A stretch of 64,000 nucleotides of DNA, taken from Pseudothermotoga sp. (GTDB taxonomy: Bacteria > Thermotogota > Thermotogae > Thermotogales > DSM-5069). Positions within the stretch are counted from its first letter, which is position 1. Every line of letters starts with the position of its first letter. The DNA lies in the NCBI GenBank assembly GCA_003510135.1, contig DOKY01000036.1, forward strand, positions 13,503 through 77,502, in the 5' to 3' direction. This document shows positions 41,319 to 50,239 of this stretch, piece by piece. The notes beneath the pieces are model-generated. The model searched no databases, had not been told where the DNA came from, and worked only from the letters and a program-made list of their open reading frames with translations. The position numbers and the translations under genes are program-made.

Positions 41319-41916
41319 AGTTACCATCATTGTTGCAGGTTTCTTCGCTATTCAAAATCTGTCCAGATTGTTCAAGCCAGGGTTCAGGCTTGTGTCGCTT
41401 TCTGTCGCACAGGTGTGCTATGCAGTTCTCGTCTATCTCAGAAATCCGATCTTCAACTTTTCACCGCACCTGAAAGGATTTCTGCCTTTCGCTTTGCTTT
41501 TCATTTTGACCCTGTTTCTGGGAAGATTCCTCGGAGCAGCAGCGGCCAGTGTACAGTTCAGGCCCACCGTCATCAACTTCCTAACGCTGGGGTTGTTACT
41601 CCCCGTCTCAGAGGAAGTTCTGTTCAGGGGGACTTTGCTCGCTCTTTTCCCGAACGCGTTCTTCAACGGGATTCTGTTTTCCGTGTTTCATCTGTTCAAT
41701 GTCTTTTCGAAGTTCGAGTCTTTTTCTCTCTACAATCTGGTCTACAGGTTCGCGGTCGGTTTCATCTTCGCCAGCTCAACGCTCACAACAAAAAGCCTGT
41801 TCTCTGCGATATCCTGCCATGTAATAAACAACTGCCTGGGAATACTATTGCCTTGGTTTGAACATGAAACCAAAAAACGCCGACATGACTGTGGCGGTAA
41901 AGAACAGAAGCAATGA
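41299..41916 (+). CDS. CPBP/Abi (CAAX-type) intramembrane glutamic endopeptidase
   Basis: EEVLFRG, FSVFH, HVINN; multi-TM. Confidence 0.85.
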   Translation: MLLKLLEVTIIVAGFFAIQNLSRLFKPGFRLVSLSVAQVCYAVLVYLRNPIFNFSPHLKGFLPFALLFILTLFLGRFLGAAAASVQFRPTVINFLTLGLLLPVSEEVLFRGTLLALFPNAFFNGILFSVFHLFNVFSKFESFSLYNLVYRFAVGFIFASSTLTTKSLFSAISCHVINNCLGILLPWFEHETKKRRHDCGGKEQKQ

Positions 41917-42207
41917 AACAGAAACGGCCTTCATCGTGAGCGTTTGAACGACGAACTGCAGTGTTTCTTTCATGTAATAACCTATGAGAACGTAACTCAA
42001 AATTCCCGCGACAACAAAGGAAAGCCCCAGAACCCACAGAGCTTTCGAAAAATGCCCAAACTCATGACCGACCCACCAGGACAGCACGAGCGAAAGTATC
42101 CAGACGAGGCTCGCCGGCAAGGGTGAAAACTCGTTCAAGAGTAATTCGAACACCACTGCATGGTAAGCGATGATCATAACGATTGTGAAGAAAACGATCT
42201 TCTTCAC
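41845..42207 (-). CDS. Hypothetical membrane protein
   Basis: Four hydrophobic segments; GAGGT RBS; GTGA overlap with the upstream gene. Confidence 0.65.
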   Translation of the reverse strand: MKKIVFFTIVMIIAYHAVVFELLLNEFSPLPASLVWILSLVLSWWVGHEFGHFSKALWVLGLSFVVAGILSYVLIGYYMKETLQFVVQTLTMKAVSVSLLLFFTATVMSAFFGFMFKPRQ

Positions 42208-42623
42208 TCAAACCTCACCTCTAATGGTATGTACAGGTTGATCTTCAACCAGAGCCACTCGACCGAAACATTGCTGTAGCCTTCGGTGTGCCAGTCTTTT
42301 TGTTCGTAACCTGTCCAGGCACTTGTGACAAATTCGGCTTCGGGTCGATTGAACATGGAACTGGATACCATTTTCAGAACATTTCCTCTTCTATCGTAGA
42401 AATAGATCTGATAATCCACAGGGTGGATCTTCAATCCCTCGAAACCCTCAACCACGATCTTCCCAAAGATTGAACCATCCTCGAATCTGATCGTGCAAAG
42501 GGCCTTAGCACTGGAGAGCTTTCGAGCGTAATTTCTGTAAACGAAGACCCCGGCGGTGTAGTTCATCACCACCAGGGTCAGTGCGATCCAGAAAACGATT
42601 TTCGGAAGATTAACTCGCTTCAC
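42204..42623 (-). CDS. Hypothetical protein with one N-terminal TM helix (start uncertain)
   Basis: Fills the gap after the last ABC ATPase; single hydrophobic segment then a soluble domain. Confidence 0.6.
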   Translation of the reverse strand: MKRVNLPKIVFWIALTLVVMNYTAGVFVYRNYARKLSSAKALCTIRFEDGSIFGKIVVEGFEGLKIHPVDYQIYFYDRRGNVLKMVSSSMFNRPEAEFVTSAWTGYEQKDWHTEGYSNVSVEWLWLKINLYIPLEVRFE

Positions 42624-43782
42624 CAGAGACAACATAGCAGGCCACGAAGTGCTTTGGAGCAACCTCTCTCAGAGGGGGATGATCGTTGTCCTCGCAGAAC
42701 TTGACCGCATAGGGACACCTGTCGAAGAACCTGCATCGAGGCGGTGGATTTATGGGCCTGGGCACGCTACCCTTTATGTTTGGCTCACCCCTCTTCATCT
42801 CAGGATCTGGTATTGGCACAGCTGCGAGTAACGCCTGAGTGTACGGGTGCAACGGGTTCTTCAACACCTCTTCGGTCGGCCCCCTCTCGACGATCTTTCC
42901 CAGATACATGACCGCGATGTCGTTGCTCATGTACCTGGCGACCGCAAGATCGTGAGTGATGTAAAGATAACTCATATCGTGTTCCTCGGCGAGTCTCATC
43001 ATGAGTTTCATGACGCCTGTTCTTATAGACACATCGAGCATCGATGTCGGTTCGTCGGCAACCACGAAAGAAGGATTCAGTATGAGTGCTCTCGCTATAG
43101 CCACACGCTGTCTCTGACCACCGGACAGTTCGTGCGGAAAGCGGAACATAAAAGTTTCCGGTGGTGTCAAACCAACATCAGCAAGCATTTTCGCCACCAT
43201 TTCTTCTCTTTCTTTCAGATTCCCCACACCATGTATGTTCAAAGGTTCGGCGACGATGTCGAATATGGTCATACGCGGGTTCAACGACTCGTATGGGTCC
43301 TGAAAGATCATCTGGATCCTGCGTCTCATCTGCCAGACACGTTCGCGCCGGTTCTGGAGCAGTTCGTCCACGAACTTCGCTTCGTTTCTACCCAGATCCA
43401 GGAATCTCTGTGCATACAGAGCATCGATTCCTGTGACCGATTTCAACTGTTCATCGCTCATAGCTGCAAACTTCTTCACGTAAGTCTCGTGCACGTACCT
43501 CTTCGCAGCCGATTCATCGTCGTACAAGAGTGGTGTCACATCTTCCTGTTCAACCACGATCCTACCGGACGTCGGTTCCTCCAGACCGACCAGCACCCTT
43601 CCTGTGGTGGTCTTTCCACAACCGGACTCTCCCACCAGCGCGAGGGATTCTTTTCTGCGTATCTCGAAACTCACATCATCAACGGCATGAACAAAGAGCT
43701 TCACCTTTCCAAAGATCTTGCGTTCTGCAGGGAAGTACTTTCGGAGGTTTTCTATCTTCAACACCACATCGTTATTCTGCAT
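42610..43782 (-). CDS. Opp/Dpp-family ABC transporter ATP-binding subunit (OppF-like)
   Basis: GESGCGKTT, QMIFQDP, LSGGQRQR, DEPTSMLD, C-terminal HPYT...CRF..RCP. Confidence 0.93.
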   Translation of the reverse strand: MQNNDVVLKIENLRKYFPAERKIFGKVKLFVHAVDDVSFEIRRKESLALVGESGCGKTTTGRVLVGLEEPTSGRIVVEQEDVTPLLYDDESAAKRYVHETYVKKFAAMSDEQLKSVTGIDALYAQRFLDLGRNEAKFVDELLQNRRERVWQMRRRIQMIFQDPYESLNPRMTIFDIVAEPLNIHGVGNLKEREEMVAKMLADVGLTPPETFMFRFPHELSGGQRQRVAIARALILNPSFVVADEPTSMLDVSIRTGVMKLMMRLAEEHDMSYLYITHDLAVARYMSNDIAVMYLGKIVERGPTEEVLKNPLHPYTQALLAAVPIPDPEMKRGEPNIKGSVPRPINPPPRCRFFDRCPYAVKFCEDNDHPPLREVAPKHFVACYVVSGEAS

Positions 43783-44779
43783 AGAACCGCACCACCTCTT
43801 TGGGTTGAACAGGATGATGGCACGCCACGAAATGGTTCTTTTCCAACTCGCGGTACTCAGGCTCCACCTCCGAACACACCGAATCCGCCTTTGGACATCG
43901 AGGAGCAAAACGGCAACCTTTCGGTGGGTTCAACAGGTTCGGTGGTTCACCCGGTATCGTCACCAGTTCTGTCTTCTCACCAACGGTGCTGGGGAAAGCA
44001 TGCATCAGCCCGTACGTGTAGGGGTGCATGGGCTGCTTGAAGATCGTCACAGCGTCGGCCAGCTCGACGAACTTGCCAGCGTACATCACCGCTATCTTGT
44101 CGCTCACCTCCGCGATCACCGCGATATCGTGGGATATGTAGATCATTGCCATGTTCAGTTTCCTCTGGATCTTCCTGATCTCTTTCAGGATCCTGTCCTG
44201 AACGATGACATCGAGAGCCGTTGTTGGTTCGTCCGCTATTATGATCTTTGGATCGCACGCCAGGGCCATTGCGATGACCGCTCTCTGTTTCATACCTCCG
44301 CTGTACTGGTGGGGATACTGGTCCATGCGCGATGGGTCAAGACCTACGAGAGTGAACAGCTCTGCAACCTTCTGCCTGGCTTTGTCCAGAGGCATATCCG
44401 GAAAATGGTTCTGAATGGCTTCGATGATTTGATCCCCCACCTTGTAGACAGGGTTCAGAGAGTTCATGGCGGCCTGGAATATCATCGAAATACCACGCCA
44501 CCTGTACTTTCTCATCTCAGATTCGGGTAGGTTCACCAGATCCACAGGCCCGTTACCCATATCGAACAGCACGCTACCGCCTTTGAACTCGGCGTTGTCC
44601 GGAAGCAGCCTGAGTATCGTCATAGATATAGAAGTTTTTCCACAGCCGGATTCGCCCACTATGCCCAGGCTTTCCCCCTGATCCAGATCGAAGCTGATAC
44701 CATCCACCGCCTTGACATAGCCCATCTTTGTCTTGTAATACATTCTCAGATCTCGCACCGACAGAAGCACCTGCATCAC
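43772..44779 (-). CDS. Opp/Dpp-family ABC transporter ATP-binding subunit (OppD-like)
   Basis: GESGCGKT, YPHQYSGGMKQR, ADEPTTALDV, HPYT. Confidence 0.94.
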   Translation of the reverse strand: MMQVLLSVRDLRMYYKTKMGYVKAVDGISFDLDQGESLGIVGESGCGKTSISMTILRLLPDNAEFKGGSVLFDMGNGPVDLVNLPESEMRKYRWRGISMIFQAAMNSLNPVYKVGDQIIEAIQNHFPDMPLDKARQKVAELFTLVGLDPSRMDQYPHQYSGGMKQRAVIAMALACDPKIIIADEPTTALDVIVQDRILKEIRKIQRKLNMAMIYISHDIAVIAEVSDKIAVMYAGKFVELADAVTIFKQPMHPYTYGLMHAFPSTVGEKTELVTIPGEPPNLLNPPKGCRFAPRCPKADSVCSEVEPEYRELEKNHFVACHHPVQPKEVVRFYAE

Positions 44780-45756
44780 CTCTTCCGCAATCTTGGATTG
44801 ACGATCTCTTCAAGTCCGCGTCCGAGGAAATAGAAGGAAGAACACAACAGCGTAATGCAGACACCCGCAGGTAGCCAAAGCCACCAGTACATTCCAATGC
44901 TTGCGCCCATGAGGTATCCGGAAGACTCCGCCATCTGTATGATCACGCCCCAGCTCATTCGTATGTTCGCCAGACCGAGGAAGGAGAGCACCGCTTCGGT
45001 GAAAATGGCACCCGTGACGTTGAACATCATGTACAGAAAAGAGAGAGGCAAGATGTTCGGTATGATGTGTTTGAATATGATGTAAGCATCGCTGGCTCCG
45101 GTCGACTTTGCCGCGTCTATGAAAGGCCTCACTTTCACGGTCAAGGCCTGGGCTTTGAGAACGAGCGTTATGGAACCGAATCCCGCCAGGATACCCATTA
45201 TGAGGGCAAGCCTGAACAGCGTCAGCTCCATGAAAGCACTCAACACCATCAGCAAGGCCAGACTCGGGAATAGCATGACAATGTCCGCAAGTCTCATGAA
45301 GAAAGTGTCTATAACGCCACCATAGTACGCCGCACTGGCGCCTATGATCGTGCCTATGATCACCGTTATGAGCGCAGCGGTGATACCGAGCACGAACTCT
45401 CTCGGTGTGCTGTACATGATCATCGCCAAGATGTCCCTACCGAGCGGATCGGTTCCCAGTGGATGCCTCAAAGAGGGTGGAGATGGATGACTCATGATGT
45501 CCGGATCGAAACCTACGATCGGATCATAGGGCATGAAGGTCTGATAACCAAAGGAATCATGTTTCCAAAACAGATTTTTCATTACTACGGGATAAAGAGG
45601 ATACAACAAGCCGAAGATCGCAAAGAATATGATCACACCCAGGCCGAACAGGGCCAGCTTCTTCTCTTTGAACAGTTCCCAGCCGGTCCTGAGCGATCTG
45701 ATCCAAAGTTTCAATCTGATCTTCCATAGCGGTTCAGCAACAACCATTTCAGTCAC
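44776..45756 (-). CDS. Opp/Dpp-family ABC permease (OppC-like)
   Basis: HPLGTDPLGRD, EAA-type loop FIDAAKSTGAS, HIIPN, NPRLR. Confidence 0.93.
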   Translation of the reverse strand: MTEMVVAEPLWKIRLKLWIRSLRTGWELFKEKKLALFGLGVIIFFAIFGLLYPLYPVVMKNLFWKHDSFGYQTFMPYDPIVGFDPDIMSHPSPPSLRHPLGTDPLGRDILAMIMYSTPREFVLGITAALITVIIGTIIGASAAYYGGVIDTFFMRLADIVMLFPSLALLMVLSAFMELTLFRLALIMGILAGFGSITLVLKAQALTVKVRPFIDAAKSTGASDAYIIFKHIIPNILPLSFLYMMFNVTGAIFTEAVLSFLGLANIRMSWGVIIQMAESSGYLMGASIGMYWWLWLPAGVCITLLCSSFYFLGRGLEEIVNPRLRKR

Positions 45757-45770
45757 TTTCGATCACTCCC

Positions 45771-46922
45771 TCAATACCTTATGCGTGGATCGAGCACCGC
45801 GTAGAGCACGTCAGCCACCAGATGCGCGATCAACACAAAGATACCCGTGAAGACCAAAAGGCCTATCAACAGGGGCGTATCCTGGGTGTTGAGAGCCTCC
45901 AGATATGCGCGTCCAATGCCCGGCCAGGAGAACATCGTTTCTGTAATGATACCGCCACCCACCGTGAATCCCAAGCTTATGACGAAGTTGGTGACCAGAG
46001 GCAGGAGTGCGTTCCTCGCCGCATGCTTGTCCCTGACAACGTTGTCCGGTAAACCTTTTGCCTTTGCGGTGGTGATGTAGTCTTCCCTGATGACGTCCAG
46101 CATCGTGTCGCGCATGACGAGCATGCTACCGGCGAACGAGTAGAGCGTCAAGGTCAAAACTGGTAAAACCATGTGCTTTATGATATCCCAGGCATAGGTC
46201 GAATAGCCCGAGAGGATCCAAATCACGATTGAAACAACAATCGTGGTAATCGAAGAAGTGTAAAGCACGGTTTTCTTTGCGGGAATCGTTTTGAGCCTGT
46301 TTGAAATCAGTAGTGCGATCAGAAAAACTATGAGGAACACCAAGGCCGTCAAAAGAAGTCTGATGAAGATCGTCTGTGCGGACAGAGGTGCGCTCTTCCA
46401 CAGGTTCGGGTCAATGAACTGATTGAGAGGCAAGATCTTCAGAATCACACCGAACAACCAGATGTTGAAGATTGCAAGCAGCGGTAAGAAAATCGTCCAA
46501 AAGACGATCCCAACGAACGTGGTCGTTTTATCGAGCAAACCACTCCTCTTCCACGCCGCCCTTTTTCCAAGGTTGTATCCAAGCACGTAAGAAACGAGCG
46601 TGGAAGTGACGAACAGGAAGACTGTTCTTGGTAGCCTTTCTGCTATGATCGTCGTCACCCTGGTGGGAAAGTAGGAGAAGGAGATTCCCAGATCCAGCGT
46701 TAGAAAGTTTTTCATGTAGATCAGGTATCTGATGTGTGCGGGCTTGTCGAAGCCAAACTGTCGCTTCAAATTCTCCCTGATCTCCGGGGTGAGCTTTGGA
46801 TTGAGAAGGTACTGATCGACGAAACTGCCCGGCATTGCCTCGATCAACCAGTACACCACCGTCACGTAGATGAACAGTAGCACAACTATTTGCAGCACTC
46901 TCTTGCCGAGGAACTTCAGCAC
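45771..46922 (-). CDS. Opp/Dpp-family ABC permease (OppB-like)
   Basis: DLGISF, DYITTAKAKGL, HAARNALLP, ETMFSWPGIG, LDPRIRY. Confidence 0.93.
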   Translation of the reverse strand: MLKFLGKRVLQIVVLLFIYVTVVYWLIEAMPGSFVDQYLLNPKLTPEIRENLKRQFGFDKPAHIRYLIYMKNFLTLDLGISFSYFPTRVTTIIAERLPRTVFLFVTSTLVSYVLGYNLGKRAAWKRSGLLDKTTTFVGIVFWTIFLPLLAIFNIWLFGVILKILPLNQFIDPNLWKSAPLSAQTIFIRLLLTALVFLIVFLIALLISNRLKTIPAKKTVLYTSSITTIVVSIVIWILSGYSTYAWDIIKHMVLPVLTLTLYSFAGSMLVMRDTMLDVIREDYITTAKAKGLPDNVVRDKHAARNALLPLVTNFVISLGFTVGGGIITETMFSWPGIGRAYLEALNTQDTPLLIGLLVFTGIFVLIAHLVADVLYAVLDPRIRY

Positions 46923-46942
46923 GCTCGATCTCCTCCTTTGTG

Positions 46943-46973
46943 AAAAACCCAACCGCCCGGGTGGGCGGTTGGG
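46943..46973 (-). terminator. Intercistronic hairpin/terminator between the binding-protein and permease genes
   Basis: 11-bp stem CCCAACCGCCC / GGGCGGTTGGG with a 4-nt loop, then TTTTT on the - strand. Confidence 0.8.
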
Positions 46974-46997
46974 CACATCTACAGATTTACGAATTCA

Positions 46998-48830
46998 TCA
47001 CTCAGCGGTCTTGACCAGTGCGGGTACTCCGTAGACATACTGCAAACCGGACAGCGTCTGTTCGTACGGGAAGATGATCTGATCTGCCCTGTAAGCTTCC
47101 ACGATTGGCGTGTCGAACAGAACGATGTACGGAAGATCCTCCGCCAGAATTTCCTGAAGCTTGAAGCCGAGTTCTTTCGCCTTGTTTATGTCGGAAGCTG
47201 CCAGGAATTCGTCGGCGAGTTTGTCGAACTCCGGATTGTTGTAACCAGCCGCATTGAAGTCACCCACACCGGCACGTTTGCTGTGGAAGAAATCGGCCAT
47301 GTGGTCTGGATAGTAGCCCAGACTCCAGCCGAGCATGTAGATATCGAAGTTGAACGGCTCGTCCCAGACTCTCTGGACGATGTAGTTGAAGTCTACCAGG
47401 TTGGCCTTGATGGGTATGCCTATTTCGTTCGCCCATCTTTCGATGTAGAGCGCCATCGTGGCCCTCATTGGGTCATAACCGGTACCCGGGGCGAGCAACT
47501 CGATCTGTTCGATTCTCTGACCGTTCGGAGCGATGAGACCTCTACCCTGTCTCACGACGTTGTTACCCTCGATCTTCGGTTCAACGACCCATTTGAAGCC
47601 TGCTTTCTTCAAAAGGTCTATCGCGAGTTTTCGTCTTTCACCGTAGCTCATGCCGTAACCCGGTGTCAGTTCTGGAACCTTCGGGTTGTACCAGAAGGCA
47701 TTCCCGACCGGAACGACGCTGTACTGCGGGAAGGCCTGGCCGCCGAGCACCCTCGAGCAGAGGAACTCTCTGTCGATGAGCGCTGCTATGGCCTGTCTGA
47801 ACTCTTTGATGTTCATCGGGTATCTTCTCATGTTGAAGCACATGTACCTGAAGCCGTTCGTCGTGTTGCTGATGACCTTCACGCCGCTGGCCTTGGCGAG
47901 CTGGTCTGCTTCACCCTTCTGCAGACCGAGAGAGTTGAACACAAAGCTCACATCACCGTTGATCAACGCCGTAATGGCCGCTGCCCTGTTAAGGTATATC
48001 CTGTAGATGATGTCTTCCACGTAAGGACCGGTGACGAGCTCGAGCATCTTTTCACCTGTGGGCTCACCGTAACCGACCCAGTGGAAACCGGTGTTGGGGT
48101 TGCTGATCTCAACCGCACCGTTCTTGTAAAGGATCAGCGTGCTTCCTTTGTCGAAATAGTCTGGCCTGGCTTTCTGCTGGACGAACGCTCCCTTTTCCCA
48201 CTTGACCAGCTTGAACGGACCTATGATGGGTTCATCAGAGTTGTCGTAGTTGTACAGGGTCTGCAGGGGGGCTCCCGTCTTCAACGCTTCTTCAACTTTC
48301 GGCTCCCAGTATTTCTTGGACAGGATGGGGGCCATCAAGACTCCGAAGTTCGCCTTCGCCAGACTTGGCTGAGTGAAGTAGACCTTCACCGTGAAATCAT
48401 CGATTTTTTCTGCTCTGACAAAGTAGTCAGGATCGATCATGCTGGCCCAGTTTCCACCGAGGCCGTATTCCTTGATCAGTTTCATAACGGTGTTCATCGT
48501 CCAGACAACATCGTCTGCCGTGAACTGTGTCCCGTCAGACCAAAACACATCGTTTCTCAGAGGTACCGTGTACGCCCACAGATCTCCTTCCTGCTCGATC
48601 TTTGGAAGATCGGCTGCAAGACTCGGAATCCAGTCGAACCTGACGTCGGAATACGCGTACAGCTCCCCGTACCAGGTTCCGAGCACGTAACTGCTCCACA
48701 CTGTAGCACTTGGACCGTAGTGGTTCCATGGATTCAGCGTCTTCGGCTCCTGCAACAGCGCCCAGTTGATAGTCTGTGCGAAGACTGAGAGCACAACCAG
48801 GATGCTGACAAACACGAACAGCTTTCTCAT
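46998..48830 (-). CDS. Family-5 (OppA/DppA-type) ABC substrate-binding protein
   Basis: Signal peptide MRKLFVFVSILVVLSVFA, LRNDVFWSDGTQFTADDVVWT, GPFKL, FRQAIAALIDRE. Confidence 0.92.
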   Translation of the reverse strand: MRKLFVFVSILVVLSVFAQTINWALLQEPKTLNPWNHYGPSATVWSSYVLGTWYGELYAYSDVRFDWIPSLAADLPKIEQEGDLWAYTVPLRNDVFWSDGTQFTADDVVWTMNTVMKLIKEYGLGGNWASMIDPDYFVRAEKIDDFTVKVYFTQPSLAKANFGVLMAPILSKKYWEPKVEEALKTGAPLQTLYNYDNSDEPIIGPFKLVKWEKGAFVQQKARPDYFDKGSTLILYKNGAVEISNPNTGFHWVGYGEPTGEKMLELVTGPYVEDIIYRIYLNRAAAITALINGDVSFVFNSLGLQKGEADQLAKASGVKVISNTTNGFRYMCFNMRRYPMNIKEFRQAIAALIDREFLCSRVLGGQAFPQYSVVPVGNAFWYNPKVPELTPGYGMSYGERRKLAIDLLKKAGFKWVVEPKIEGNNVVRQGRGLIAPNGQRIEQIELLAPGTGYDPMRATMALYIERWANEIGIPIKANLVDFNYIVQRVWDEPFNFDIYMLGWSLGYYPDHMADFFHSKRAGVGDFNAAGYNNPEFDKLADEFLAASDINKAKELGFKLQEILAEDLPYIVLFDTPIVEAYRADQIIFPYEQTLSGLQYVYGVPALVKTAE

Positions 48831-48905
48831 TCCCTCTACCTCCCTTCTTGGGTTTTGGCATCTCATATTATACTACAATCACAAAAGCAAGGTTTGTCAA
48901 CTCTT

Positions 48906-50144
48906 TCATCCGTTCCATCGTTCTCTTTTGTACTGTTCCAAAACGTTCAAGACGTAGTCTATGTCAGCAGGTGTGTGGTCTGCGTTCACCTGAAACCTTA
49001 TCGTTTCGTCGCCCTTCGGTACGACAGGATAGTTCAACCCGGTGGCGAGCACGCCATGTTCGATCAGATAGTTCACCAAATCTGCCGTCCTTCTCGTGTC
49101 CCTCACCAAAAGGGGCACGATGGGATGTTCGCTCTCTATCGTTTCGTAACCCAGCCTCACCAGACCCTCGCGGAATCTCTTTGTCAAGCCTCTCAGGTAA
49201 GAGAGTCTTTCTCTTCCCTCCTGACTGTCCAGAATCTGCAACACTTTCAGGGCACAGGCAGCCTCGGCCGGTGTGATGGGGTTGGAATAGATGTACGTGA
49301 TCGCCTTTTCCCTGAGGTAAGTGATGAGCACCTCACTTGAAACAACATATCCTCCGTTAACACCGAAGGCCTTTCCAAGAGTTCCAATCAAAAGATCCGC
49401 CTTCGCGTTTGTGACTTCTTCGGTGCCTCTACCTGTCTGGCCGAACGCTCCAACGCCGTGAGAATCGTCGACAACAGTGACGATGTTCTGAGTGAAATGT
49501 CGATCATACTTTTCCGCCAGGCTCTGTATCACGTCCAATGGAGCATAGTCTCCTCTCATGCTGAACACGCCGTCCGTCACAATGATTAGTCTCTCTGCCT
49601 TACCGATGCTTTGAACGATCTTTTCCTCGAGATCTTTCATGTCCAAATGCCTGTATATGAGCCTCTCTTTCGGTCGTGCTAGCCTCACCGCGTTTATGAT
49701 ACAGTTGTGGTTCAACTCGTCGCTGATGACTATCGTCTCAGGAGTTACGAGCGAGGCGATGACACCTATCACCGTCACGTACGCGGCACTGTAAATCATC
49801 GCCTCTTCTCTCGCGTGAAACCTCGCGAGGGCTTTCTCGAGGTCCCGGTGCGGTTGAAAGGTCCCGCTTATGAACCTCACGGCACCCGGTCCGACACCGA
49901 ACCTGCGTGCGGTTTCCTCCTCAACTTTAATGATGTCTTCCCTCAGGGACATTCCCAGATAAGAGTTTGAGTTCATCCTTATGAATTCCTTGTCGCCGAA
50001 CCCTTTCAGCAAATATCTCGGTCCCTTGCCGCTGGAAGGCTTCTTCACATCAACGATGATGAATTCCTTTCCCTTCGCCCTTCCTTCTCTCTTGAGTTGT
50101 TCCAACTCTTCATGCAGAACGCTTTCCAATCTGTCTGTCGCCAT
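48906..50144 (-). CDS. kbl: Glycine C-acetyltransferase (2-amino-3-ketobutyrate CoA ligase)
   Basis: Class II aminotransferase motifs SNSYLG, VRFISGT, SDELNH, TDGVFSM, DDSHG, TLGKA. Divergent from tdh. Confidence 0.82.
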   Translation of the reverse strand: MATDRLESVLHEELEQLKREGRAKGKEFIIVDVKKPSSGKGPRYLLKGFGDKEFIRMNSNSYLGMSLREDIIKVEEETARRFGVGPGAVRFISGTFQPHRDLEKALARFHAREEAMIYSAAYVTVIGVIASLVTPETIVISDELNHNCIINAVRLARPKERLIYRHLDMKDLEEKIVQSIGKAERLIIVTDGVFSMRGDYAPLDVIQSLAEKYDRHFTQNIVTVVDDSHGVGAFGQTGRGTEEVTNAKADLLIGTLGKAFGVNGGYVVSSEVLITYLREKAITYIYSNPITPAEAACALKVLQILDSQEGRERLSYLRGLTKRFREGLVRLGYETIESEHPIVPLLVRDTRRTADLVNYLIEHGVLATGLNYPVVPKGDETIRFQVNADHTPADIDYVLNVLEQYKRERWNG

Positions 50145-50164
50145 CGTCGTCGCCTCCTTCCATG

Positions 50165-50210
50165 GTCATTATACAATGTTTTGTTTTTGTGTTGGTTTGT
50201 TGTACACTGT
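50165..50210. promoter_or_regulatory. Back-to-back promoters of kbl and tdh
   Basis: TATAAT on - (50173-50168); TTGTTT-N16-TACACT on + (50181-50208). Confidence 0.45.
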
Positions 50211-50239
50211 GATTTGGAAGAGAGAAAGGGGGATGAAAG

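Noticed and set aside
42847..44530. 397-aa and 270-aa + strand ORFs
   Set aside because: Antisense shadows of the two ABC ATPase genes with unnatural His/Arg-rich composition.
47283..48788. 501-aa ORF on the + strand
   Set aside because: Lies wholly antisense to the binding-protein gene, has no recognisable motifs or RBS, and is explained by the codon bias of the real gene.
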